A stretch of DNA of 64,000 bases, from positions 150,784,001 through 150,848,000 of the forward strand of contig NC_067399.1 in the NCBI RefSeq assembly GCF_016432865.1, in the 5' to 3' direction. A program made the position numbers and the translations under genes. The stretch is from Antechinus flavipes (Eukaryota). Of this stretch, positions 53,831 to 64,000 are shown in pieces; positions within the stretch are counted from its first letter, which is position 1; the number at the start of each line of letters is the position of its first letter. The notes beneath the pieces were generated by a model. It made no database searches. It was not told the origin of the DNA and was given only the letters and a program-made list of their open reading frames with translations.

Positions 53831-54649
53831 CTTTAAAAGTTAAACAGAGGATCTTTAATTGAACCTAGAGGTAATAGAGATTCACTGGAGTTGATTGATT
53901 GGGAGTAAAAGGATGAGGAAAGGGAGGGATGGCATGGTCATATTTGCACTTTAGAAAGCTCAATTTAACAGCGTAATGGAAAATGGAGTGGATTGGGGAG
54001 AGACTTGAGGAAGGGAGATCAGCTAGAAGGTATGAATCGATGAGGGCATAGACTAGGATTGGTATAGTGTCAGAGGAGGAAGGGGACTCTATAGGAGAGA
54101 TGTTTTGAAAACAAAAAAAAATTGACAGCATTGGAGAAGTGCTTGATATAGAGGTTATCATGGACGAAGGTACACCTGAGTCAGGTATTGACACAAGATG
54201 ATGATAATGAAAGGCAGAGATGAGGAGGAGGTGCATTTTCAGCACAGGAAATGGTCTGTGGGACTGCAAGGACCATGATTGTAGTCCTTGATCGTGATGC
54301 TGTCCTTGGAATCTGCTCAAGTAGCTTCAATGGCACCTTCTGGTTTCTTGGCATTTCTTATTATAGGCGTTTTTCTCAAATCTCTCTCCCTGCACAACAC
54401 TGACTTATGCTTATTGTGTTATCCTTCCTCCCCTCCACCTTCTCAAATCCAGTGTTTAATTCATACTTCAGTTCAGGTTCCAAAAGTGTGATTACACACA
54501 CACAGAAAGAGAGAAAGAGAGAGGGAGACAGACAGACAAACAGAGAGACTGGATTTCCATTTAGTTAATTTGTATATATTACATATCTATTTATCTCTGT
54601 GTATTGTGTCCTCCCAGCAAGCTACTTGAGGACAGATCCAGCTTTCATG

Positions 54650-54655
54650 TTTATT
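54650..54655 (-). terminator. Candidate poly(A) signal for the VINAC1-like gene
   Basis: AATAAA on the minus strand about 350 nt after the stop; lies in an old L2-like tail. Confidence 0.3.
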
Positions 54656-55004
54656 TTTGAGTCCCCAGTACCACGCACAGTACCTGATATATAGCAAGCA
54701 TTTAACAAATGTGGATAAGAGATGAACTGTCATTTGGGAGCAATAACTAGGAGTCCAGTTTAGGACAAATTCTTCAAGAGAATTCATTGAAATAAGCTTG
54801 GAAATACAGAAAATAGTCAAATTGTACATGTTCTTACATGCCAGGCAAAGGAGTTTGCATTTTTTTTCTACAGGGAATCTATGCTATAGGAAGTCACTTG
54901 GGGTTTTTGATCAGAAATGTGACAGTCAACTCTGTGCCTTGCATTGGGTGGTGGATCTCTATAGGTAAAAATGTTGTCACCAAGAACATATTTGGATTTA
55001 AGGT

Positions 55005-55199
55005 TTAAGTGGTCCATGGTTCTTGAACCATGGACACAAGTGTGGGAGCTTTGTTTGCTGCTGTCTTGCGTAGTCCAGACTCATCTAGGTCTGCATTTGA
55101 TGCTTCTTCAGATCTGTGCTTTAGCAACTCTCTTTTCCATTGCATGCAGAAGGCTGCTGCCTCCATTTCATCTGCATCTAGAAGAGGTTCCCTTAAGCC
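55005..55199 (-). CDS. VINAC1: VINAC1-like terminal coding exon: GLREPLLDADEMEAAAFCMQWKRELL...QEPWTT-stop
   Basis: Minus strand: gtctcatctccag|GGC; phase 0; equals ORF 55005..55214 minus its first five intronic codons; FCMQWKR resembles vinculin FTLRWVRK. Confidence 0.85.
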   Translation of the reverse strand, partial: GLREPLLDADEMEAAAFCMQWKRELLKHRSEEASNADLDESGLRKTAANKAPTLVSMVQEPWTT

Positions 55200-58100
55200 C
55201 TGGAGATGAGACACACATAATTAAAGTCTGCTTTTATAAGAAGTTGTATCCAAATGTAGCCCGGTTAGCTTAGAGACCTATCTCTCTGCTTGGTTCCAAG
55301 AGCTCTCTCCGAATGTCACCAAATCCAAAGGTCTGGACCTTCAGCCTCTGCCTCTGCTTTCTTCAGCCTCCAGCCAGCTCCAGTCTTCATGTCATTCCGG
55401 TGAAATCTCGACTTGTAGCGTCTTCCTCTCTCCAGAACTCTCCAACTGGCCCATTGGCCTATTTATGCTCCTTCCAGAGAGAGGGATTATGGGTAGTTCT
55501 ACTTAGTACCTTGTTTCAGGTTCTGCCCAAAACATCTTTTTGTAAGATTAGATCAACTCTAACTACTTAGCAGTTAGTGAGGATTCCAACAGATTCTGTC
55601 AATATAAAGTAATTATTAAATAAAAATTAAAAAAAATAAATAAATACCTTCCCCAAGAAAATCCTCAAAAGAGTTTTGAAGAGTCAGATACAACTGAAAA
55701 ACAACTAAACAACAAAATATATAAAACTATATATAGGGAAGTATATATTATATCAATCAAATTCTTTTTTCTTTCTCTTTCTCTCTAACTCAGTTTCAAT
55801 TGATCAAGAATGGACAGAAGCAGCAACACCCAAAGAAAGAACCCTGGGAAATGAATGTAAACTGTTTGCATTTTTGTTTTTCTGCCCAGGTTATTTATAC
55901 CTTCTAAATCCAATTCTTCCTGTGCAACAAGAGAACTGTTCGGTTCTACACACATATATTGTATCTAGGATATACGGTGACATATTCAACATGTATAGGA
56001 CTGCTTGCCATCTGGGGGAGGGAGTGAAGGGAGAGAAGAGAAAAGTCCGAACAGAAGTGAAAGCAAGGGATAATGTTGTAAAAAAAATTATCCAGGAATG
56101 GGTTCTGTCAATAAAAAGTTATAATAAAAAAAGGAAAAAAAAAAAGAATGAACATGTATAATCAACAAAAAAGACAAAGAAATCTAGTCTGTAAAAAAAC
56201 TTAGCAACTCTGATCAACACAGCAAACCTCCACAATTCCAAAAAACTCGTGATGAAAAAATGATATCTACCTCCAGAGAGAAAACTAATAGACTCAGAAT
56301 GCAAATTGAAAATAGATTTTTTTTCCTTTTTTTTTTTAAACATATAACTAATATAGAAATGTGTTTTGCATGACTTCATATTTATAGTGGGTTTCGTATT
56401 TCTTGCCTTTCCAATGAGTGGAGGTAGAGTTTGAATTAAGAAAAAAATCTGAAATGGATAATAAAATGTAACTTAATTTTAAATGATAATAATAGCATCT
56501 ACCTTCTAGGATTATTATGAGGATTAAATGAAATATTTACTAAGTGCTATGTAAACCTTAAAGTGCAAGATAAATGCTAGTTAGCATAATTATGATTTGC
56601 TTTTATTTCCCTCTTTCATGCCTTATATGTAAATATTTACTCTTTGCAGCCAACTTTACATAGATAGTAGAATCAACTCCCATTCATACAAAGTCTTCAC
56701 TAATTCAATTCAACAATTTAACAAAGCACCTACTATATGCTAGTGCTAAGTGCTAAGGAGACAGACAAAAACGGGACAATCTTTAATTTCAGAAGAAGGG
56801 GAAGTTTTCTTCCATTCCACTGAGTGGAGTAAAATAACATATGGACAAGTGTAATCCATGGAAAACTGAGAAGAGGAAGAATAATAAGAGATTGGGAAGG
56901 GAATCAGGAAAGGTAACAATCAAAGCGTTTATCAAGTGTTTACTATGTACCAAGCACTGTGCTAAGGGCTAGATATGTAAAGACAAAAAAGACAGGCCCT
57001 GCTTTTAACTGGTTCACAGCCTAATGGGGAAAATAAAATGCAAATTACACATACAGCATATATTGGAGATAATCACCAGAAGACAATAGCATTAAGAGGG
57101 GAGAGTATGTGACTAGGAAAGGCTTCATGGAGAAGACAACCACAGATGAGACCTGAAGGAAGCCAAGAAAATCAGGAGGTGGAAATGAGAAGAGAAAGGA
57201 ATACAGATATGGGAATTGCAAATGAAAATGCCTGGAGTCAGGAAATGGTGACCTAGGAACAGAAAATAAGTAGGAAGAGGCCATGTTATGAAGGTCTTTC
57301 TTTTTTACAAGCTTCTCATTTTCAAAACATATACATAGATAGTTTTCAACATTTATCGTTGCAAAACCTTATGTTCCAAGTTTTTTTTTCTCACATCCTT
57401 CTCTCCATCTCCTCCCCTAGATGGCAAGTAATCCAATATATGTAAAACGTGTAATTCTTCTGTACAAATTTGTACCAATTACTTCTATTTCACATCACAA
57501 ATTACAAAGTTTATTTGAGGGGATAGTTCATTCTGCTTCTCAGAATACCAAAATTGTTATTTATAGTTGTAAGTAGCAAAGCCAGAATTCAGATCCTCCT
57601 CCCACTCTTTTCCTAAGCAACACATTGCTTATTTTTGATTCTTAAATAAATTCAAAGTACGTTATAGTCTAACAAGTAAACAGCAATTGTTAGCAAAAAA
57701 CAATTTATTGCAATAGGAAGCTATCAGATAAACTTTATCTTCTTCCCAGCTACTGTACAAGTGAAATCCAACTCCCCATCACTCATGTTCTAGGATCTCC
57801 CTTCCTGCTCAACTGAATTTGTACCAATTACTTCTATTTCACATCACAAATTACAAAGTTTATTTGAGGGGATAGTTCATTCTGCTTCTCAGAATACCAA
57901 AATTGTTATTTATAGTTGTAAGTAGCAAAGCCAGAATTCAGATCCTCCTCCCACTCTTTTCCTAAGCAACACATTGCTTATTTTTGTTTTTTAAATAAAT
58001 AGTAGGATTAATTATTCAGGCAAAAAAGCATTTATTGAGTGTCTAATTATATGCTATGCTTATGTGTTATGCCTTGCTATGTAAGGCAAAAAATGCCTTA

Positions 58101-61100
58101 GCTTCATCTTATGAGACTTAAACTCTACTAGTGAATAGTAATTTCTTGTGTAATCTCAAAGTCTGATGAAAAGGAAGGAATCTGGGAAGGCAACCTAGCT
58201 ATCACAGTTCAAATCCCTCCACCAATGGGTAATAAAGAAAACTCAAAAGTGATGCGATTTGAATGCTCTCAGTTCCTGGTAGTCAAGAGATTAGTGGCCA
58301 TAAGAGAATTGTAAAATACCTCTTTAAATGGGCCGCTGGTTTAGGAGTGAAAGAATCCACTCATTCCTGAATTATTAGTTGCAAAATGAAAGTTTATTGT
58401 TGGATAGAAATCAGTTTGCTAAGGGACTGACTTCTATAGTGGCAAAGACGTATTAAGGAAATGGAGTTTTGGCACTGAGAATGCTTTCTCAGCGAACAGA
58501 AGGGTCCTGGCAGTTGAGTAAGCTATCTAGGGCCATCTGCAAAGGGCTTAGTTGAGGGAAGCTGTTATATTGGGTATCTTGATGGGGGCTGGGACAGTAC
58601 AAGCTGATCAAACCAGAATTCCTCAATTGAATGAGAATTTAGAATTTCTATGGGAGTTGATTTGCCCCTGAATACTATTGCTTCTCTTATCCTGGAAGGA
58701 TGGGGTTCTGTCTAGATTCCTTGGAGCCTGGGAGATCCTGATGTCTGTGATCAAAAATGGGGACACAACCTCTAAGAGCAATAATCTTAAAGGGAACAAA
58801 ACTTAACAGTTTCCCTCCCCCTTCAAAAGGATCTGAAATTCAACTTTATCAATCATATTCCATGTTGATAACTCCAATGAAAGGTTCAATTAGGAGATAG
58901 AATCAGCATAATTGTCCACAATGAAGTCTGTGAATTTTTAGTAGGTTTTAGTGATCCGGATCACTCACAAGCCATTCTCCCTCGACCTCAAATCAAAGAG
59001 CTGGCTGGATTTCACTGGCAGGAATCAGTTACATGACTAGCATCAAAAAAGTCCTTCATACTTACTCGGAGACATGCTGCTTCTGCTGCCTTTAAAGTGT
59101 GCAAAACACCCTGGAGGAGGTTCTGGGCATTGTTCACAAGGAGCTCTTCAGAGGACTTGCTGCTTGCTAGAGCTGCTTTGACGCTTGAAAAAAGAGAAAA
59201 ATGCTGTGGTATATTTAAATGATGAAATTTAGTTCAAACCAAATAAAAAGAAGACAAGCTATAATACAAAAAACTTTACCAATTTGTTTCCTGGCTACTG
59301 AGAAGATGTTACAAAAACAGGCAGAAAAAGAATATTCCTGATTTATTTTTCATGAGTTGTGAGATTTATAGCTGCTTTTGGGGGCACTAAAATTAGGTGA
59401 GGTACAGTAGAAAAGAGATTGGAAGTGGAAGACCCGAGTCCAATTCTAGCTCTGCTATGTGTGATTTGGGGCCTTTAAAGGTTCTTTTAAAGACTCAGAT
59501 ACTTCATGGTTGTATGACCTTGACTAAGTTACTTAAATGCCAGAATGTATTGAACTTTCCAAAAAATGTTAAGGATAAGAAAATTTTTCTGAGCTACTTT
59601 CCAATAAATACATTTTTAAATAATAAATTAGTTTCAAGAGAAGAGATACATTCCTATGTAATCATGGGATTAAATGTTCCAAATTACTCATAAAAGAGAA
59701 ATATATATTAAAACAGCCAGTGTGGCCATATTTGAATCCAAGAGATGAATCTTACTGACTTCAGGTTCAGTGTTCTACCTCACAACAACTCTGGGAAGTG
59801 GATGTTATTATTATCTCCATTTTACAAGTGAGAAAACTGAGACAAACTTGCTAATTAGTGTTTGGGGTTGGATTTTAATTCAGCAAGTCTTCCCTTAGTC
59901 TGGACCCAGTGCTTTATTCACTGAAGCATAAAAATAATTGTTTTAAAAAAAAAAAAATCACAGCAATCTATAAAGCTTTTCAGTTGGTTCGCTGCTCTCT
60001 GCTACCATCTGCTGACCTGTCACTGCTAAGCACCCTCTGCAGGCTGAGAGGCAGAGCTCTTTTAGGAACAAATGTGTACTACAGCCTAGGGTTATCACAG
60101 CTTGCCCGACCAGGCTGCCAATTGCCTACAGAAACCCTCAGGCTTAGATTGTCGATCTTTTCTAAACTTTTTTTTTCTTACTGGTACTTAAGAGTCCATT
60201 TAAGCTATTAACTATTATAATAGAAAATAACTTACCTTTTATCATAACCTTTGGTCTCTTCTCTGGGTCCCCTTCAAATTTTCATTTAGGAAAACTTCAA
60301 GGAAACTAAGTTGAGCTGCAGAATGTCCTTTTTTTTTTTTCTGAGGTAATTGGGGTTAAGTGACTTGCCCAAGGTCACACCGAGGATATGTTAGGTGTCT
60401 GAGGTCAGATTTGAACTTAGGTCCCCCTGACTTCAGGGCTGGTGCTCTATTCATTGCGCCACTTAGCTGCCCCTAAAATGTCTTTTTTAACATAAAGTCA
60501 ACTCAAGAGCAAAACTTTAAAGACCCTCAGGCAACTTTGTCCTACTTTCTATTAGCAACCAAAATCACAGTGCTCCCTCCTAACATGTTGTTGAGCATTT
60601 TGCTCTCACATTACTAAGCTGAATGAATGAATGAATGAATGAATGTGTAAGGATGGGGTGCACCCCACTTATAGTAAGTTTCAAACTGCTCAATCAATCA
60701 ACTCACCCTTCCATGTTATAAATGAAAACCCTGGCTCTCCATAGCCTAAAACAAGTCAAAAAGCTTGATGCTACTTTTGTTCCAATAAATTTACAATTCT
60801 GGTGAAAGCTTTAAATGGGGGGGCTGAGTTTCTATGGTTGTTTTTTTTTTTTTTAATCTTTCACTATGTTGATTTCAGCCACCATCCACAGTAAGACAAA
60901 ATATGAACCAAGTGTTTTCTTTGGTAAGTGGTAAACAAGGACAAGATAATTCATGGTTGTCAAGTGAAATGAAATAAAACAACCCAGAGAAGAAAAAAAC
61001 AAGGATTTAGACATCTTTTTTAAAACATTTTTTCCAGCCCTTCAGGGGAAAGCAGCTTGAGGAAAAAAAAAAATAACAACACTTTAGTTTTTCAGAAGTG

Positions 61101-61281
61101 CTCTTTACCTGGAAATGATGTTGAGTTGGCTACTCATTGTCTGAATTTGTTCCAACACACACAAGAGTTCATCTGCACATCTCTGATCCAGGCAGTTCTT
61201 AGCAACGAGGCGGATGAATTTAACAAACTTGTGTCCAGAAGTAGCTGTTTTCTTTGCAGAGGCAATTAATTGGGCTTTGGT
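55005..61281 (-). CDS. VINAC1: Vinculin/alpha-catenin family protein, 3' part (vinculin tail-like domain), 5'-partial; complement(join(55005-55199,59066-59183,61109-61281))
   Basis: Three GT-AG exons join in frame (486 nt, 161 aa + TAA). Segments TKAQLIASAK..VAKNCLDQR..QLNIISSVKA and LLVNNAQNLLQGV..AAEAA align with the recalled vinculin tail. Position tail-to-tail with ZC3H6 fits recalled mouse Vinac1 (Gm14025) synteny; the symbol rests on that recollection. Confidence 0.85.
55225..55591 (-). mobile_element. ERV LTR remnant next to the VINAC1 terminal acceptor
   Basis: Minus strand begins TGTTGGAA at 55591; CATAAATA box at 55460-55467; homology to 11671-11905. The left boundary is uncertain. 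Confidence 0.6.
57467..57651 (+). repeat. 185-bp direct repeat, copy 1 (copy 2 at 57816-58000)
   Basis: Offset 349; two mismatches near the right end. Confidence 0.93.
58310..58825 (-). mobile_element. Solo ERV LTR, same family as 45553-46442
   Basis: Minus strand TGAAG...TTACA; AATAAA at plus coordinates 58393-58398. Confidence 0.75.
59066..59183 (-). CDS. VINAC1: VINAC1-like exon: (S)VKAALASSKSSEELLVNNAQNLLQGVLHTLKAAEAACLR
   Basis: Minus strand: tttttctcttttttcaag|C GTC ... CGA|gtaagt; 118 nt, phase 2 to 0. Confidence 0.9.
60329..60473 (-). mobile_element. WSINE1-type SINE
   Basis: Poly-T, then antisense WSINE1; aatgtc(c)tttttt TSD-like flanks. Confidence 0.85.
61109..61281 (-). CDS. VINAC1: VINAC1-like exon: TKAQLIASAKKTATSGHKFVKFIRLVAKNCLDQRCADELLCVLEQIQTMSSQLNIIS
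   Basis: Minus strand: cactttctttgatgtag|ACC ... TCC AG|gtaaag; 173 nt, phase 0 to 2. Confidence 0.9.
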
Positions 61282-63089
61282 CTACATCAAAGAAAGTGAA
61301 GCTGTTAGAAGGAGCAGACCCAAGTAAAGTGGATTTTTAAAGGTGTTTTCTACAAGGCAGGTGGGATAGTTCTGAAGTCTTTCAAAAGCTTCTTTTGCTA
61401 GACTTTCCTCAACTACAGAATTAAAAGGGAAATTATGCTTTGTCTTTCAACACAGGTTTTTCTGAGGAGAGTCTCCCCTAAAATAGTAGACTCAGAGGGC
61501 CTAAGGAACAATCTTTTTACTGACTTTCAAGGCCTGTGATTAATAAGAAAACTACCCTTCCAAAAATCTACTGGAGAAAGATATGGCTGCCATTTTCCCT
61601 GAAGGAACTGTACCAAGACATGCTAAGACTTTATCTTTATGATCTTGTTTTTACTTTTTGTTTTTTGAAATTTGAAACCAAAGGGGGGGAAAAAAGAAAT
61701 TTCAGACCAATTCTAATAAAGTTTGAGGGCTTGTAGACACATAAACTCTTTCAAAAGCAGTAATTTTGTTTACTGTTCAACAATATCAACTTTGGGTATA
61801 TATGGCAAAATGAGACTGAGAAAAGGAGGAAATGTTTAAGGAAGTAAAATTCTATAATCTGACCATTAAAAGGAAATAAACATTATACCAAAAAACATCT
61901 ATATACACACACACTTGAAGGCTGAAAATAACTTTCATCATGGAATGGCTTTTTTGAGCCAATCATCCTTACTATCTGACCCAATGAAATGGCTGAAGGC
62001 ACAGCATTATTCTTATAAAAGGAGTATGAAATCCAATATTTTATCTAGGGTTTAGGAATAGTTGCTGCCCAGGGCCAAAGATCTAGATTTTCACTATATA
62101 TCACCTGCCTGATGACTCTACCTTCTCTATTCTTCTGAGAGACTATCACCAATGTTCAGGTAATTGTTCTTAAAAATGTGTCCCATTTGGCAGCTTCAAC
62201 TGCACTGAGATTTTTGAGATAACCTATATTACCAATTCTGTTTCATTGGCATTAACAGCAGACAAGAATAAGAAGAACAATTGAAATCCACAGAAGATCT
62301 GAATATTGAACTTGAGAAATTACTGTCAGTTTAGTAATAAGGATTATAGATAAAGTTAGTTCCACTAAGGGATTCAAATTAACTAATCTGAAATTCATTC
62401 CTTTGTATATTCTAGCCAGAAATAAAAGGGCCAGTGAGGAAAGTCCTGAATTTGGATTCACAAGGCCAGAATTAAAATTCCAGCTCTTGCTCTCTCGATT
62501 TTAAATAAGTGCAACCTCTGTTGTCAGCTTCCTCATCCATAATGTGAATGTTGGATGATATGACCTCCAAGATCCAGTTCCAAATCTATGAGCCATGATT
62601 CTAAGTCTATAGAAAAAGACCAATTTCTCAATCTTCCAGTGCTTAATTTTGTGTTTAATGTAAAAAAATATTAAGTCAATGAATAAGCCAATAAAATTTA
62701 CTTGACTTATACTCATCTAGGAGAAAATAGCAGAAAGATCTCAGGAACCAACTTCTTCCTGATTGAATATATGGAAAAATTAATTTTCTTAATTAAAGAA
62801 GACCAAGATTATCTATTAAGATAGGTTAAAATTAATCTATCTTAATTTTAGAAAAATCTACCTCATATTTTTCAGTGGTTCAGATATAAAGAGTCCTTGA
62901 CCACATTACTATCCTATTATTATTCTTTTATATTTATTATTTTATAGGCTGTAGCACAAGTAGATAAAATGACTGCTTTTAATAGCTATCTTCTACAGGT
63001 TCAGTGAAAATATTTTTGATACAACTCCAGGAGTAGAAAGCATAACAGCTACTTCACTCTTTTCATTCCCACATGATTTTTGTTTCTGC

Positions 63090-64000
63090 TGTAATAGTGC
63101 ATATATTTTCATTTTTATTCTTGGTAGATAGTGTGAGATATTGGTCTATGCCTGATTTCTGCCATAATATTTCCACTTTTGTGGAAACATTTGTCAAATA
63201 AAGAGTTTTTGTTCCAAATACTTAGATCTTTGGGTTTCTTATGTCCTAGATTATTATGGTCATTTGACTATAATGTAATTTGTACTTAATGTATTCCACT
63301 AATTCACCACTTTGCTTCTTTAGTTGGTACCAGATTGTTTTGATAATTACCAGTTTATAATACAGTTTGAGATCTGGTACTGTTAGTTCACCTTCCTTCA
63401 CATTTTCCTTAATATCTTTGAACTTTTGTTTTTCTGGGTAAATTTTGTGATCATTTTTTCTAGCTCTATAAAAATTTGGGGAGATAATTTGATCGGTATG
63501 GCATTGAATCAATAGATTAATTTATGTAGAATTCTCATTTTTATTACACTGGCATGAACCACTCATGAACAATTAATATTTTTCTGGTTGTTTACATCTG
63601 ACTCTATTTGTTTAAAAAGTGCTTTATTGTTGTGTTTATATAGGTCCTGAGTTGGTCTTGGCAGGTAGATTTCCAAGTATTTTATATTGTCTATGATTAT
63701 TTTAAATGAAATTGCTCTTCCTATCCCTTACTGCTGAACTTTATTGGTAATATATAGAAATGCTAATGATTTATGTGATCTTATTTTGTATCCTGCAACT
63801 TTGCTAAATTAGTTAATAATTTCAAGCATTTTTTAAGTTGATTCTCTAGGATTCTGTAAGTATAACATCATATCATCAGCAATGAGTGATAGTTTTGTTT
63901 CCTCATCGCCTATTCTAATTCCTTCAATTTCTTTTTCTTCTCTTATTGCTGGGGCCAATATTTATAATATAATATTAAAGAATAGAAGATATCATTGGCA
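63090..64000 (-). mobile_element. L1 ORF2 remnant (RT C-terminal region)
   Basis: ORF 63246..63512 contains GELTVPDLKLYYKLVIIKTIWY. Confidence 0.85.

Noticed and set aside
62105-62223. Candidate upstream VINAC1 exon on the minus strand (AG..GT bounded, EAAKWD resembles vinculin EARKWS)
   Set aside because: All three frames contain a stop; weak polypyrimidine tract and donor. The next upstream exon is probably outside the window.
1-64000. Prokaryotic systems (CRISPR arrays, operons, IS elements) and the neighbouring TTL/ZC3H8 genes
   Set aside because: The sequence is intron-containing marsupial DNA; no regularly spaced repeat-spacer array and no exon resembling TTL or ZC3H8 was seen.

Overview
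Eukaryotic, AT-rich, repeat-dense genomic DNA from an Australian marsupial (WSINE1/MAR1-type SINEs, marsupial L1 3' ends; probably a dasyurid), with one assembly gap (N 44303-44544). Two convergent genes. (1) + strand: the last nine coding exons of ZC3H6 (4055-33469; 3222 nt spliced, 1073 aa; three CCCH fingers, Pro-rich segment, DPR-repeat C-terminus). The 5' exons lie outside the window. One intron is a minor-spliceosome AT-AC intron (13463-14669), and a long, repeat-poor 3' UTR follows. (2) - strand: three small exons that the ORF track does not resolve (61109-61281, 59066-59183, 55005-55199). They splice in frame into a 161-aa vinculin-tail-like C-terminus, most likely VINAC1 (vinculin/alpha-catenin family member 1), a poorly characterised gene that I recall as intact in mouse and a pseudogene in human. 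The remainder is L1, L2, CR1/L3, RTE, SINE and solo-LTR remnants, microsatellites and several local duplications, including a 1.9-kb near-identical block copied into the last VINAC1 intron. Repeat boundaries are approximate and were read by eye; comparisons with human/mouse proteins are from memory, not from a search.
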